Below are positions 48,387 through 58,378 of a DNA stretch of 64,000 bases, in pieces (position 1 is the first letter of the stretch; each line of letters starts with the position of its first letter). Origin of the DNA: Candidatus Poribacteria bacterium (lineage in GTDB: Bacteria; Poribacteria; WGA-4E; GCA-2687025). The DNA is taken from positions 3,136,001 through 3,200,000 of the forward strand of contig OY762492.1 of the NCBI GenBank assembly GCA_963665845.2. Direction: 5' to 3'. Made by a program: the position numbers and the translations under genes. The notes under the pieces are model-generated. The model saw only the letters and a program-made list of their open reading frames with translations. It was not told the origin of the DNA and made no database searches.

Positions 48387-50249
48387 CTAGAGGTCGGAGA
48401 TGTCCCACAAGAGGATGACGCCGTCGTATCTTCCCCTTGTTGCCAGCGTTTTTCCGTCCGGGGAGTACCTTGCCCATTGGACCGGCGCCGTATGCCCTTT
48501 GAGCGTTTTGAGAGTCTCGCCCGTTTTGGCGTTCCAGATACGGATCGTATTGTCGCTGCTTGCGCTGGCGATCGTCTTGCCATCCGGCGAATACGCCGCA
48601 TAGTTGACCATCTCCGTATGCCCTTTGAGCGTCTTGAGCGGATCGCCCGTTTCGGCGTTCCAGATGCGAACGATTTTATCACTGTGCGCGCTGACGATTT
48701 TCTTGCTGTCCGGGGAGTACTCCGCCGACAAGAATTCCCCTTTGAGCGTTTTGAGCGGCGCGCCCGTCTCGGCGTCCCAGACGCGGATCGTTTTATCTCC
48801 AGCTACGCTGACGATCGTCTTTCCGTCCTGGGAATATACCGCTGAATAGACCCATCCTGCGTGTCCTTCAATCGTTTTGAGCGGCGCGCCCCTTTCGGCG
48901 TCCCAGATATGGACCTTGCCGTTTTCGCTTCCGAGGACGATTCTTTTGCCGTTCGGCGAATACGCCATCTTCCAGATTCTACCCGGCAGACCCATAAATA
49001 TATTGATTTTCATGCCTGTCTCGGCGTTCACTATATGTATCATTTGTCGGCTGTCCATGAGGAGCGCGATCGTCTTGCCGTCCGGAGAATATGCGGCATC
49101 GTCCACATATCTGGGAACTATTTTGAACCTGTTGGAAAATGAGCCTGTCTCGATGTCCAATATCTTGGTATATCCGTCAAATTCAGATGCGAACCGCTTG
49201 CTGTCCGGCGAAAACGCGGCGAACCGGAAGGAACCAGCATAGCCGTCAAACGTGCGGACGAGGGCGCGAAGCTTGATGTTCCAAATGCGGATGGCGTCGC
49301 CGTTTCGCGCGCCTGCAATAAAATGTCCGTCCGGCGAAAACGCGATCGAATCGGCGCCTCTGTTCCCGTCGAATGGACGCAGCGGCGAACCGTAAGCGAC
49401 GTTCCACAGCCTCAGGTCGAAAGGGCCCCCGCCGGCAAGACGCTTCCCGTCCAGCGAAAACGCGGCGGTTTCGCCGCCAAAGCCTTGCTTCAACAGCGTT
49501 CGTATCTGTTCCCCTGTCTGCGCGTCCCATATCCGAATCATCATGTTCATGCTTGCGCTGGCGATAATCGTTCCGTCCGGCGAATACGCCGCCGAGTTGA
49601 CCCAATCTCTATGCCCTTTGAGCGTGTTGATCAGGTCGCCCGTCTCGGCGTTCCAGATGCGAACCGTCCTGTCTCTGCCCGCGCTGACGATTCTTTTCCC
49701 GTCCGGCGAATACGCCGCCGAGTTGACCCATTCTGTATGCCCTTTGAGCGTTTTGAGCGGCGCGCCTGTGTCGGCGTTCCAGACGCGAATCGTCTTGTCG
49801 GCGCCGGCGCTGACGATTTGTTTGCCATCGGATGAAAACGCGGCTGAAGCGACCTGCCGTGTATGCCCTTTGAGCGTTTTGAGAAGGGCGCCCGTCTCGG
49901 CGTTCCATATGCGGACCGTCTTATCGTTGCCGGCGCTGACGATTGTTTTGCCGTCCGGAGAATACGCCGCGGAGCTGACCCAGCCTTCATGCGCGCCAAT
50001 GAGGGCGATTTCACCGCCGTAGAGCGCGTCGTAGATCCAGATGCCGATGCTGCCGGCGGCGGCAAGACGCCGACCGTCCGGCGAGTAGTCGACCGAATGG
50101 ACAGACCCTCGACCAATGCGCAATTTGACGCCGTCCGGAAGCCCAAGCCGCGAGATGAACGGCGAGGGCGCCGCTTGAATGACGCAGCACAGGAAGAGGC
50201 AGGCGCATAGTAAATGGAAACGCAGATCGGATCCGAGGAGGAGGTTCAT
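48387..50249 (-). CDS. Secreted WD40 repeat protein, array member 3
   Basis: Start MNLLLG at 50249; same architecture. Confidence 0.93.
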   Translation of the reverse strand: MNLLLGSDLRFHLLCACLFLCCVIQAAPSPFISRLGLPDGVKLRIGRGSVHSVDYSPDGRRLAAAGSIGIWIYDALYGGEIALIGAHEGWVSSAAYSPDGKTIVSAGNDKTVRIWNAETGALLKTLKGHTRQVASAAFSSDGKQIVSAGADKTIRVWNADTGAPLKTLKGHTEWVNSAAYSPDGKRIVSAGRDRTVRIWNAETGDLINTLKGHRDWVNSAAYSPDGTIIASASMNMMIRIWDAQTGEQIRTLLKQGFGGETAAFSLDGKRLAGGGPFDLRLWNVAYGSPLRPFDGNRGADSIAFSPDGHFIAGARNGDAIRIWNIKLRALVRTFDGYAGSFRFAAFSPDSKRFASEFDGYTKILDIETGSFSNRFKIVPRYVDDAAYSPDGKTIALLMDSRQMIHIVNAETGMKINIFMGLPGRIWKMAYSPNGKRIVLGSENGKVHIWDAERGAPLKTIEGHAGWVYSAVYSQDGKTIVSVAGDKTIRVWDAETGAPLKTLKGEFLSAEYSPDSKKIVSAHSDKIVRIWNAETGDPLKTLKGHTEMVNYAAYSPDGKTIASASSDNTIRIWNAKTGETLKTLKGHTAPVQWARYSPDGKTLATRGRYDGVILLWDISDL

Positions 50250-52117
50250 AAGCCGCTTCCTAAGAGGTCGGAGATGTCCCAAAGGAGGATGGTACCGTCG
50301 CGGCTTGCGCTGGCGATTGTTTTTCCGTCCGGCGAATAACGGATCCAAAGGATCGCGTCGGTATGCCCCTCAAGCGTTTTGACGAGTTTGCCCGTTTCGA
50401 CGTTCCATATGCGGATCGTTTTGTCTTCGCCTGCGCTGGCGAGCGTCTTGCCGTCTGGAGAATACCCCGCCCAGTAGACCGAATCGGTATGCCCCTCAAG
50501 CGTTTTGAGAGCCGCCCCGCTGTCGGCGTTCCAGATGCGTATTGTGTTATCGCCGCTTGCGCTGGCGATCGTCTTGCCGTCTGAAGAATATCCCGCCCAG
50601 TAGACCGAGTCCGTATGCCCCTCAAGCGTTTTGATCGGCGCTCCGCTGTCCGCGTTCCAGATGCGTACTGTTTTGTCGCCGCTTGCGCTGGCGATCGTCT
50701 TGCCGTCCGGGGAGTATGCCGCTGAATAGACCGAATCGGTATGCCCCTCAAGCGCGTGGGCAGACGCCGCGCCCCATATTAGAACCGTTTTGTCGCCGCT
50801 TGCGCTGACGATCGTTTTGCCGTCCGGGGAATACTCTGCCGAATAGACCTCTCCCGTATGTCCTTTGAGCGTTTGTAAAACCGCTCCTTTTTCAGCGTCC
50901 AGTATCCGCAGCGCCCCGTCGTTTCCGCCTGCAAGGATGGTCATTTCGTCCGGCGAATACGCCGCCGAATTCATATGCTCAGCGCCGTTTTGGAATGTTT
51001 TGAGAAGGGCGCCGGTTTCAGCGTCCCATATGTGCAGGTCAAGTTGAAGCCCCAAATGGTTGGAGGCAAGCGTCTTTCCGTCCGGCGAAAACGCGGCAAA
51101 CTCTGCCCAGCCTGTATGTCCGTCCATCTTACGGACGAGGGCGCGGAGCTTGATGTTCCAGATACGGATGGCGTCGTTGTTTTGCGCGCCTGCGAGGAAG
51201 TGTCCGTCCGGCGAAAACGCGGCGGATCGGGCGCCGTTGTATTCATCAAGCGGCCGCAGCGGCGAACCGTAGGCGCCGTTCCACAGGCGCAGCGATTCAA
51301 AAACGCCGGCGCTTGCAAGGATTTTTCCGTCCGGCGAAAACGCCACCGAATACGCTTCATCCAATTCATCCTGCGAGAGCGTTTGCAGCAGCGCGCCTGT
51401 TTCAGCGTCCCAGATGCGTATCTTTTCGCCAACTCCTGCGCTGGCGATTCTCTTTCTGTCCGGCGAATAGGCGACTGAACTGACAGGCGCCGCATGTCCT
51501 GTGAGCGTTTTCAGAAGAACGCCTGTTTCAGCGTCCCAGATGCGTATCGCCCCATCCCTGCAGCCGGCGGCGATTCGTTTGCCGTCAGGCGAAAACGCGG
51601 CGGAATTGGCGTCTGCTTCATATGTTTTGAGAAGGGCGCCGGTGTCGGCGTCCCAAATGCGAACCGTCTGATCCGAGCTGGCGCTGACGATTCGTTTGCC
51701 GTCCGGCGAATACGAAGCCGAATGGACCATCTCCGTATGCCCTGTCAATGTTTTCAGCGGCTCAAAGGTGTGGGCGTCCCAAACGCGGATTGTGTTGTCG
51801 TCGCTGGCGCTGACGATTCGTTTGCCGTCCGGAGAATAGAACGCTGAATTGACCCAATCGGTATGCCCGCGCAGCAGGGCAATCTCTTTGCCGAAGCGGG
51901 CGTCGTATATCCATACGCCGATGCTGCTTGCGGCGGCAAGATGCGCGCCGTCTGGAGAGTAAGCGATTTGGGCGATGGAGCCTTTGCCGATGCGCAGCTT
52001 AGCGCCGTCGGGCAGCCCCAAAGGGGAGACCTGCGGCAGCGCCTCAACAGCGCAGCATAGAAAGAAGCAGGCGCATAGAAAATGGAAGCGCCGTTTTACA
52101 AAGGCGAGGTTGTTCAT
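50246..52117 (-). CDS. Secreted WD40 repeat protein, array member 2
   Basis: Start MNNLAF at 52117; most divergent member; C-terminus extended to DISDLLGSGL. Confidence 0.93.
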   Translation of the reverse strand: MNNLAFVKRRFHFLCACFFLCCAVEALPQVSPLGLPDGAKLRIGKGSIAQIAYSPDGAHLAAASSIGVWIYDARFGKEIALLRGHTDWVNSAFYSPDGKRIVSASDDNTIRVWDAHTFEPLKTLTGHTEMVHSASYSPDGKRIVSASSDQTVRIWDADTGALLKTYEADANSAAFSPDGKRIAAGCRDGAIRIWDAETGVLLKTLTGHAAPVSSVAYSPDRKRIASAGVGEKIRIWDAETGALLQTLSQDELDEAYSVAFSPDGKILASAGVFESLRLWNGAYGSPLRPLDEYNGARSAAFSPDGHFLAGAQNNDAIRIWNIKLRALVRKMDGHTGWAEFAAFSPDGKTLASNHLGLQLDLHIWDAETGALLKTFQNGAEHMNSAAYSPDEMTILAGGNDGALRILDAEKGAVLQTLKGHTGEVYSAEYSPDGKTIVSASGDKTVLIWGAASAHALEGHTDSVYSAAYSPDGKTIASASGDKTVRIWNADSGAPIKTLEGHTDSVYWAGYSSDGKTIASASGDNTIRIWNADSGAALKTLEGHTDSVYWAGYSPDGKTLASAGEDKTIRIWNVETGKLVKTLEGHTDAILWIRYSPDGKTIASASRDGTILLWDISDLLGSGL

Positions 52118-52127
52118 TAGCCGTCTC

Positions 52128-54008
52128 CTAAAGGTTGGAGATGTCCCACAAGAGAATGGTACCGTCGACGCTGGCGCTTGCGAGCGTCTTTCCGTCCGGG
52201 GAATACGCCGCCCAGTAGACCGGTCCCGTATGCCCTTTGAGCGTTTTGATGGTTTTGCCCGTTTCAACGTCCCAGATGCGTATCGTTTTATCTTCGCCCG
52301 CGCTTGCGAGCGTCTTTCCGTTCGGCGAATACGCTGCCGCCTCGACCGAACCCTTATGCCCTTTGAGCGTTTTGATGGTATTGCCCGTTTCGGCGTCCCA
52401 GATGCGTATCGTGTTGTCCGCGCTTGCGCTGGCGATCGTCTTGCCGTTCGGCGAATACGCCGCTGAATAGATCCGCCCTGCGTGTCCTATGAGCGTTTTG
52501 ATGATTTTGCCCGTTTCGGCGTCCCAGATGCGTATCGTATTGTCGCTGAACGCGCTGGCGATCGTCTTGCCGTTCGGCGAATATGTCATCGAATATGCAT
52601 GTCCTATGGGTCCTTTGATCGCTTTGATCGTTTTGCCTGTTTCAGCGTCCCAGATGTAGATCGTTTTGTCGCTGCTCGCGGCGATTCTCTTTCCGTCTGG
52701 GGAATATGCCAGATTCTCGATCGTATCCGGCAGGCGCGTAACTGTTTTGATTGTCTTGCCCGTCTCGGCGTTCAGTATCTGTATTTCTCTTCGACTGCCC
52801 ATGAGAGCGGCGATCTTCTTTCCGTCCGGGGAATACGCCGCCTCCTGCACAAACTCGAACGCGCCGACTTTTTCTTTGAACATGCTGGAAAACGCGCCGT
52901 TCTCGATGTCCAATAACTTGATCTTCGCTTTCAGCTGAAACCCAATTGCGAGACGCTTGCTGTCCGGCGAAAATGCGGCGTACTCGGGGCTGAAAAAATG
53001 CCCGTCAAACGTGCGGACAAGCGCGCGAAACTTGATGTTCCAAATGCGAATATTCCCGCCGTATCGACCGCCCGCAATGAAATGGCCGTCCGGCGAAAAC
53101 GCGAGCGAAGACGCGCCTCCGCCCGTGTGAATCGGCTGAAGAGGCGAACCGTAAGCGGCGTTCCAAAGCGCCAGTTCGTAGACATCCCCGCCTGCAATAT
53201 ACTTCCCATCCGGCGAAAACGCGGCGGTAAGACCCTTAGCGTCGCGCTTCGATAGCTTTCGCAAATGTTCACCTGTCTGCGCGTCCCATATCCGAATCGT
53301 ATCGTACCTGCTTGCGCTGGCGATGATCGTTCCGTCCGGCGAATACGCCGCCCAATCCACGATGTAGTGATGCCCTTTGAGCGTCTTGAGCGGTTCGCCC
53401 GTTTCGGCGTTCCAGATGCGAACCGTCTTGTCTCCGCCGGCGCTGACGATTCGCTTTCCGTCCGGGGAAAAGGCGGCAGAGGCGACCGTATTCGTATGTC
53501 CTTTGAGCGTTTTGAGAAGGGCGCCTGTCTCGGCGTTCCAGATGCGAACCGTCTTGTCTCTGCCCGCGCTGACGATTCGCTTGCCGTCCGATGAATACGC
53601 CGCCGAAAGGACCCTGTCCGTATGTCCAGTCAATGCTTTCAGCGTCTCAAAGGTTTGGGCGTCCCAGATGCGGATGGCGCTGTCGCCGCCGGCGCTAACT
53701 ATCGTCTTGCCGTCCGGCGAATATGAGGCTGAATGAACCGCCTCTGTATGTCCGCGCAGCAGGGCGATCTCCCCGCCGTAAAGCGCGTCGTAGATCCATA
53801 CGCCGAGGCTGCTTGCGGCGGCGAGACGCCGACCGTCCGGCGAGTAGTCGACCGAATGGACCGACCCTCGACCGATGCGCAGCTTGGCGCCGTCCGGAAG
53901 CCCAAGATCGGAGATGAGCGGCGAGGACGACGCCTGAACGACGCAGCAGAGGAAGAGGCTGGCGCATACAAGATGGAAATGCCGATTGAATCTGCGGGGG
54001 ATGTTCAT
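52128..54008 (-). CDS. Secreted WD40 repeat protein, array member 1
   Basis: MNIPRRFNRHFHLVCASLFLCCVV signal peptide; same architecture. Confidence 0.93.
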   Translation of the reverse strand: MNIPRRFNRHFHLVCASLFLCCVVQASSSPLISDLGLPDGAKLRIGRGSVHSVDYSPDGRRLAAASSLGVWIYDALYGGEIALLRGHTEAVHSASYSPDGKTIVSAGGDSAIRIWDAQTFETLKALTGHTDRVLSAAYSSDGKRIVSAGRDKTVRIWNAETGALLKTLKGHTNTVASAAFSPDGKRIVSAGGDKTVRIWNAETGEPLKTLKGHHYIVDWAAYSPDGTIIASASRYDTIRIWDAQTGEHLRKLSKRDAKGLTAAFSPDGKYIAGGDVYELALWNAAYGSPLQPIHTGGGASSLAFSPDGHFIAGGRYGGNIRIWNIKFRALVRTFDGHFFSPEYAAFSPDSKRLAIGFQLKAKIKLLDIENGAFSSMFKEKVGAFEFVQEAAYSPDGKKIAALMGSRREIQILNAETGKTIKTVTRLPDTIENLAYSPDGKRIAASSDKTIYIWDAETGKTIKAIKGPIGHAYSMTYSPNGKTIASAFSDNTIRIWDAETGKIIKTLIGHAGRIYSAAYSPNGKTIASASADNTIRIWDAETGNTIKTLKGHKGSVEAAAYSPNGKTLASAGEDKTIRIWDVETGKTIKTLKGHTGPVYWAAYSPDGKTLASASVDGTILLWDISNL

Positions 54009-54024
54009 GGGCGTACCCTGTTTT

Positions 54025-54066
54025 AAAAAGAAAAGGCGGCGTCTTAAGCAAACTCAAAACGCCGCC
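54025..54066 (-). terminator. Rho-independent terminator after the DAACS transporter
   Basis: Minus strand GGCGGCGTTTTGAG-TTTG-CTTAAGACGCCGCC followed by TTTTCTTTTT. Confidence 0.8.
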
Positions 54067-54088
54067 CGGTATGCGTGATGGATCGGTC

Positions 54089-55717
54089 TTAAGCTAGCGC
54101 AGCAGCTTCCTCATCCGAACCGGCCGCGGCGTTGTTTTCCAGCGTTTCAATGACGCCGGCGCCGACGCTGTCGCCCCAGACGTTCACCGTTGTGCGGAAC
54201 CGGTCAAGGAGCCAGTCGACCGTCAGAATCAACGTGATCCCTTCAATCGGCAGTCCCACCGCGTTCAGCACAATCACCATCGTCACAAGCCCCGCTTCAG
54301 GGATGCCGGCAGCCCCGATCGCCGCGAGCGTCGCCGTCAGCGCGATGACAATCTGATTGGCAAGCCCAAGATCCTCGCCGTACATCTGCGCAATGAACAC
54401 GACGGCGACCGCTTCATACAGCGCCGTCCCGTCCATGTTGATCGTCGCCCCCAGCGGCAGCACAAAGCTGGAGGTGCGGTTCGAGATCTTGTTCTCCTCT
54501 TCAACGCCTTCCATCGTCAGCGGCAGCGTCGCCGAGCTGGAGGCGGTTGAGAAGGCGTTCATGAGCGCCTTCGCCATGCCGATGAAGTATGTCCACGGAT
54601 TGCGCCTGCCTAATACCCACAGGATAAGCGGCAGCGTGATGATGCCGTGGATGGCGAGGCCGATCAGCACCGTGACGAAGTACTTGCCGACCTTCACCAG
54701 CTCCGGCAGAAACTCTGCAAAGCCGTCTGCTTCTCCAATCTTTCCCGCCAGCAGCCCCATGATGCCGATGGGCGCAAAATACATGAGCCAGTGGACCATC
54801 TTCATGATCGCTTCGTTAATTCCGCTCACGAACTGGATGACCGGCCGTCCGACCTCGCCCAAAACCGTCAGAACGGCGCCAAGAAGCACCGAGAACACAA
54901 TCAACGGCAGCACATCCATTTCGACCATGGCTTTGAAGATATTGACCGGGATCAGACCAAGCACGACATCCTTGAGCGTGGAGACGATGTCTCGATCCTT
55001 TTTTGCCGCCACATTTTCGGCTTCGCGCGGCTTGATTTCAACCCCCGTACCCGACATGGATTCGGGCATCACCTCAACCAGCTCTCCGTCCTCATAAACG
55101 AGCGTCTTGCCCGCATTGGAGGTGAAGGCGGTCATGCCTTCGGCATCAACATGGTTCCATGCCTTGACCGTAATGGAGTTGGCGGTGGCCTCCTTGATGT
55201 CGCCGACCAGTTTCTGGTCTGTGAGCATGATGGCGTATTTGCTTTGCATGCTCTTATCTTTTTTGGCTTCGTATTCGCTGGCATACTCTTCAGGGTTAGA
55301 GCTCGTCCACTCGTCTACGATCAGCTTGATCGTGTACCTGTCTTCAATGCGGTACTCCGCCGTCTCATGTGTTTCGCCCGCCTCCATTCCGATGCCCGGA
55401 CGGACGATGTTGACGAGAATAAGACCGAGGACGACCGACAGCCCCGTTGTGGCTAAGTAGAAGGCGATCGTACGCCCCCCGATGCCTCCGATCTTTCGGA
55501 TGTCGCCCAGCGAGGTGATGCCGACCAGTATTGAAAACATGACGAGCGGGACGACGATCATCTTCAAGGCGTTCAAAAAGATGTCGCCGAGAAATCCCAG
55601 CTCTTCTCCGACGGCAGGGGCGTAACCCCCGATTGCGATGCCCAAGACGATCGAGATCAGAATCGCAATCAGCAGCCCGAAGCTGCCCGATTGCTGCGCG
55701 TTGCCGTTGTCGTTCAT
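54089..55717 (-). CDS. Dicarboxylate/amino acid:cation symporter (DAACS/GltP family)
   Basis: FLNALKMIVVPL, AFSTASSSATLP, LGATINMDGTALY, DWLLDRFRTTVNVWGD. Confidence 0.94.
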   Translation of the reverse strand: MNDNGNAQQSGSFGLLIAILISIVLGIAIGGYAPAVGEELGFLGDIFLNALKMIVVPLVMFSILVGITSLGDIRKIGGIGGRTIAFYLATTGLSVVLGLILVNIVRPGIGMEAGETHETAEYRIEDRYTIKLIVDEWTSSNPEEYASEYEAKKDKSMQSKYAIMLTDQKLVGDIKEATANSITVKAWNHVDAEGMTAFTSNAGKTLVYEDGELVEVMPESMSGTGVEIKPREAENVAAKKDRDIVSTLKDVVLGLIPVNIFKAMVEMDVLPLIVFSVLLGAVLTVLGEVGRPVIQFVSGINEAIMKMVHWLMYFAPIGIMGLLAGKIGEADGFAEFLPELVKVGKYFVTVLIGLAIHGIITLPLILWVLGRRNPWTYFIGMAKALMNAFSTASSSATLPLTMEGVEEENKISNRTSSFVLPLGATINMDGTALYEAVAVVFIAQMYGEDLGLANQIVIALTATLAAIGAAGIPEAGLVTMVIVLNAVGLPIEGITLILTVDWLLDRFRTTVNVWGDSVGAGVIETLENNAAAGSDEEAAALA

Positions 55718-55740
55718 ATGCGCTTCTCCTTTGTTGAAAT

Positions 55741-56574
55741 TTAGGCGTTGTTTGTCTCTGAATGTTGTGATGGAATCTTCACAGGCTCGCCCGCTTCTCC
55801 GACCCAGGTTCGTATCTGCGGATATTTTGCGGACAGGTATTCGGTGAAATCTTGCGGATTGGCAGAGTTGCCTTCAAACATCTCATAATGGGTCGGAACC
55901 GCCCAGCGCGTCGAGATGTCCCCCGCGAGATCGACCGCCTCCTGAAAGGTCATGTTGCCGAGGCAGCCCGCTTTCAAACGGCGCGCGTCCCGTCCGTTGA
56001 TGGGCAAAAAGATGGCGTCAAAATCCCATGCCTGCAGCGTCGACACAAGCCCCTCATACACGATCGTGTCGCCGGCGTGGTACAGCGCGGCGCCGTTCGC
56101 TTCGATCACATAGCCGAGATACGGATAGCCGAGGACGGGGTCATGGTCAAAAAACTCATGCTTGCCTTTCACCGCCGCGACCCGTATCCAGCCGCCTTCA
56201 TATACGTCTTCGGCGTTGAGGCTGACGAGCCGCTTTTCGTCAACGCCGAGGTCCAGCATGCGTTGACGGGCTGTCTTGGGGGCAACGAATACGGCGTTGG
56301 AAGCCGCCTTTGCGATGCCGGGAAGGGAGCCAGGGTCGATGTGATCGGTATGGTCATGCGTGCAGAGGATCAGGTCGGCATGCGCCGTTTCGGACGGAAG
56401 GAGCAGGGGAGGAGTCCGCCGGGCGGGGTTCGGCGAAAGGTACGGGTCAATGTAAACGATGCGGTCGCCGAGCTTCAGGATAAAACTGTGCTGACCCATC
56501 CACCAAAAGACGGCTTCGCCGTATGCCGTTTTGGTTTCCGAGACGCTCTCTAAAAGTTGTTCATGTTTTCGCAT
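55741..56574 (-). CDS. MBL-fold metallo-hydrolase (UlaG-like)
   Basis: WMGQ, IDPYLS, THDHTDH, YHAGDT, LPING, PTHYEMF. Confidence 0.9.
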   Translation of the reverse strand: MRKHEQLLESVSETKTAYGEAVFWWMGQHSFILKLGDRIVYIDPYLSPNPARRTPPLLLPSETAHADLILCTHDHTDHIDPGSLPGIAKAASNAVFVAPKTARQRMLDLGVDEKRLVSLNAEDVYEGGWIRVAAVKGKHEFFDHDPVLGYPYLGYVIEANGAALYHAGDTIVYEGLVSTLQAWDFDAIFLPINGRDARRLKAGCLGNMTFQEAVDLAGDISTRWAVPTHYEMFEGNSANPQDFTEYLSAKYPQIRTWVGEAGEPVKIPSQHSETNNA

Positions 56575-56654
56575 GCGCCCGCCCATCCGCCTCCATTTTT
56601 GCATAACGAAACGCCGCTGTCAATCTCTTCTCCTCTGACCTTGAGTCTTTAGTT

Positions 56655-56892
56655 GGGGCATGTCGGCGGGCGGACGCGGACGTCTTCTGCGGCGCCTCTG
56701 GATTCCCGCTTGCGCGGGAATGACGAACTGGTTGGCGACGCTTTTTTCCCATGACCTTGAGGCTTCTGTTGGGACATGTCGGCATGCGAACGGACGCATA
56801 AGATTCCCGCTTGCGCGGGAATGACGATGGACAGCGCGCCGCTTGCGCGGGAAAGATGGTTTGATTCGACGGCCGCCGCGCGGGAATGACGA
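56655..56892. repeat. REP-like composite cluster
   Basis: Several GATTCCCGCTTGCGCGGGAATGAC copies with CATGTCGGC flanks shared with 36508-36630. Confidence 0.85.
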
Positions 56893-56959
56893 CGGGCGGC
56901 GCGCTGCTGGGTCGCTCATCATGAGGGTTCTCTTTACGCATCTTCTCTCGCGGTTTTGG

Positions 56960-58201
56960 TTAAGGTTTACGCGCCTGTCCGCTGTGGGCGAAGCCGCGCG
57001 CCGCGTAGTCCGCCAGCTCCATATACCCCTGCGCCCATTCGTGGCTCAACTCGCCGATTTTTTCCATGGACGAACCTTCCTCGTCGTAGAGGCTGTGCGG
57101 GACGTCCGTCGCCGAGTCGAAGCGGATATTGCCTTTATACAGCCGAACGGCGATTTCGCCGGTCGCAAAGCGGGCGATCCCCTCCGTCACGCCGATGAGC
57201 GACGCCGCATGGGGCGTGAACCATTCGCCTTCGTAGACCGCGTCCGCCATCTGGCGCGAGACGATGTCAAAAAACTTGCGCGAGTTGCGGTCCATGATCA
57301 GCTGGAGCAGCTTGCCGTATGCGTAGCCGAGCAGCGTCACGCCCGGCGCTTCATAGACGCCGCGCGACTTGATGCCGATGCGCCGGTTTTCGACCACATC
57401 CAGCCCGATGCCGACGCCGTTGCGTCCGGCGATTTCGTTCAGCGTTTCGTACGCTTTCACCAGCCCGGTCGGTTCGCCGTTGATCTGAACGGGCGCGCCC
57501 ATCTCAAACCGTATAGAGACGCGCTCCGTTTTGTCGGGCGCGTCCATCGGCGAGCAGCCCATGATAAACGACACAAAATCGGTCGGCGTCGACAGGCTTT
57601 CAAGCTTGCCCGCTTCATGCGTCAAGCCGCAGAAGTTGGCGTCGGTCGAGTACGGCTTTTCGCGCGTCGCGGAGATCTGCAGCCCGTTCGCCTCGCAATA
57701 ATCGATCATGAGGCTCCGCCCGCCGAGCGCGTCCACAAATTCGGAGTCGCGCCATGGGGCGTAGACGCGCGTTTCAGGCGCCAGCGCCGCCAACGCCAGC
57801 TCAAAACGTACCTGATCGTTGCCGCGCCCGGTCGCGCCATGCGTGACGATGTCGATGCCGAGGTCGCGTATCGCGGGAAGCGCCGCCGCGACGCTTGCCA
57901 TCCGCGCGATGCCGGTCGTGTTCCAGTACATGCCCTCATGCCGCGCCTGCCCGTGTATCGTTTGGAGCATATACTGCGCGAGCCGCTCCTTGCCGTCCAC
58001 CAGCAGCGCCTGCGACGCGCCCGCCGCTTTCATGCGGGCTGGAATCGATTCAAGGTCGTCTTCGTCCGGCTGACCGAGGTCGATGGTGACGGCGGTTACG
58101 TCCACCCCCGCCTGCGCGAGCCAATGCACAATCGTTGTGCTGTCGAGTCCGCCTGACACCAGAGCCAGTACCTTTTTATCGGACAAATCGACGCGGGGCA
58201 T
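56960..58201 (-). CDS. argG: Argininosuccinate synthase
   Basis: SGGLDST, HGATGRGNDQVRF, YAPWRD, YSTDAN, ENRRIGIKSRGVYEAPG, LYKGN. Confidence 0.96.
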   Translation of the reverse strand: MPRVDLSDKKVLALVSGGLDSTTIVHWLAQAGVDVTAVTIDLGQPDEDDLESIPARMKAAGASQALLVDGKERLAQYMLQTIHGQARHEGMYWNTTGIARMASVAAALPAIRDLGIDIVTHGATGRGNDQVRFELALAALAPETRVYAPWRDSEFVDALGGRSLMIDYCEANGLQISATREKPYSTDANFCGLTHEAGKLESLSTPTDFVSFIMGCSPMDAPDKTERVSIRFEMGAPVQINGEPTGLVKAYETLNEIAGRNGVGIGLDVVENRRIGIKSRGVYEAPGVTLLGYAYGKLLQLIMDRNSRKFFDIVSRQMADAVYEGEWFTPHAASLIGVTEGIARFATGEIAVRLYKGNIRFDSATDVPHSLYDEEGSSMEKIGELSHEWAQGYMELADYAARGFAHSGQARKP

Positions 58202-58339
58202 GACATTTTCTCCTGAAGGCGCATGTTGCGTTGCGGAATTTATTATAGACGGGAGAGGGGCGTTTTGGAAATTTCATGCGCGGCGTTTCGGTGGTACGCT
58301 TATGCGATGAGATTCATTTTTACCCTAAAGCGTCCGTCC

Positions 58340-58378
58340 TTTAAACCCCCCTAACCCCCTTTTCAAGGGGGGAATCGG
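58340..58378. repeat. Single REP-like palindrome
   Basis: TTTAAACCCCCCTAACCCCCTTTTCAAGGGGGGAATCGG. Confidence 0.8.

Noticed and set aside
37509-54008. WD40 proteins as E3-like substrate adaptors for the adjacent arc-dop system
   Set aside because: All seven WD40 proteins have signal peptides (exported) and six are on the opposite strand; adjacency alone is insufficient.
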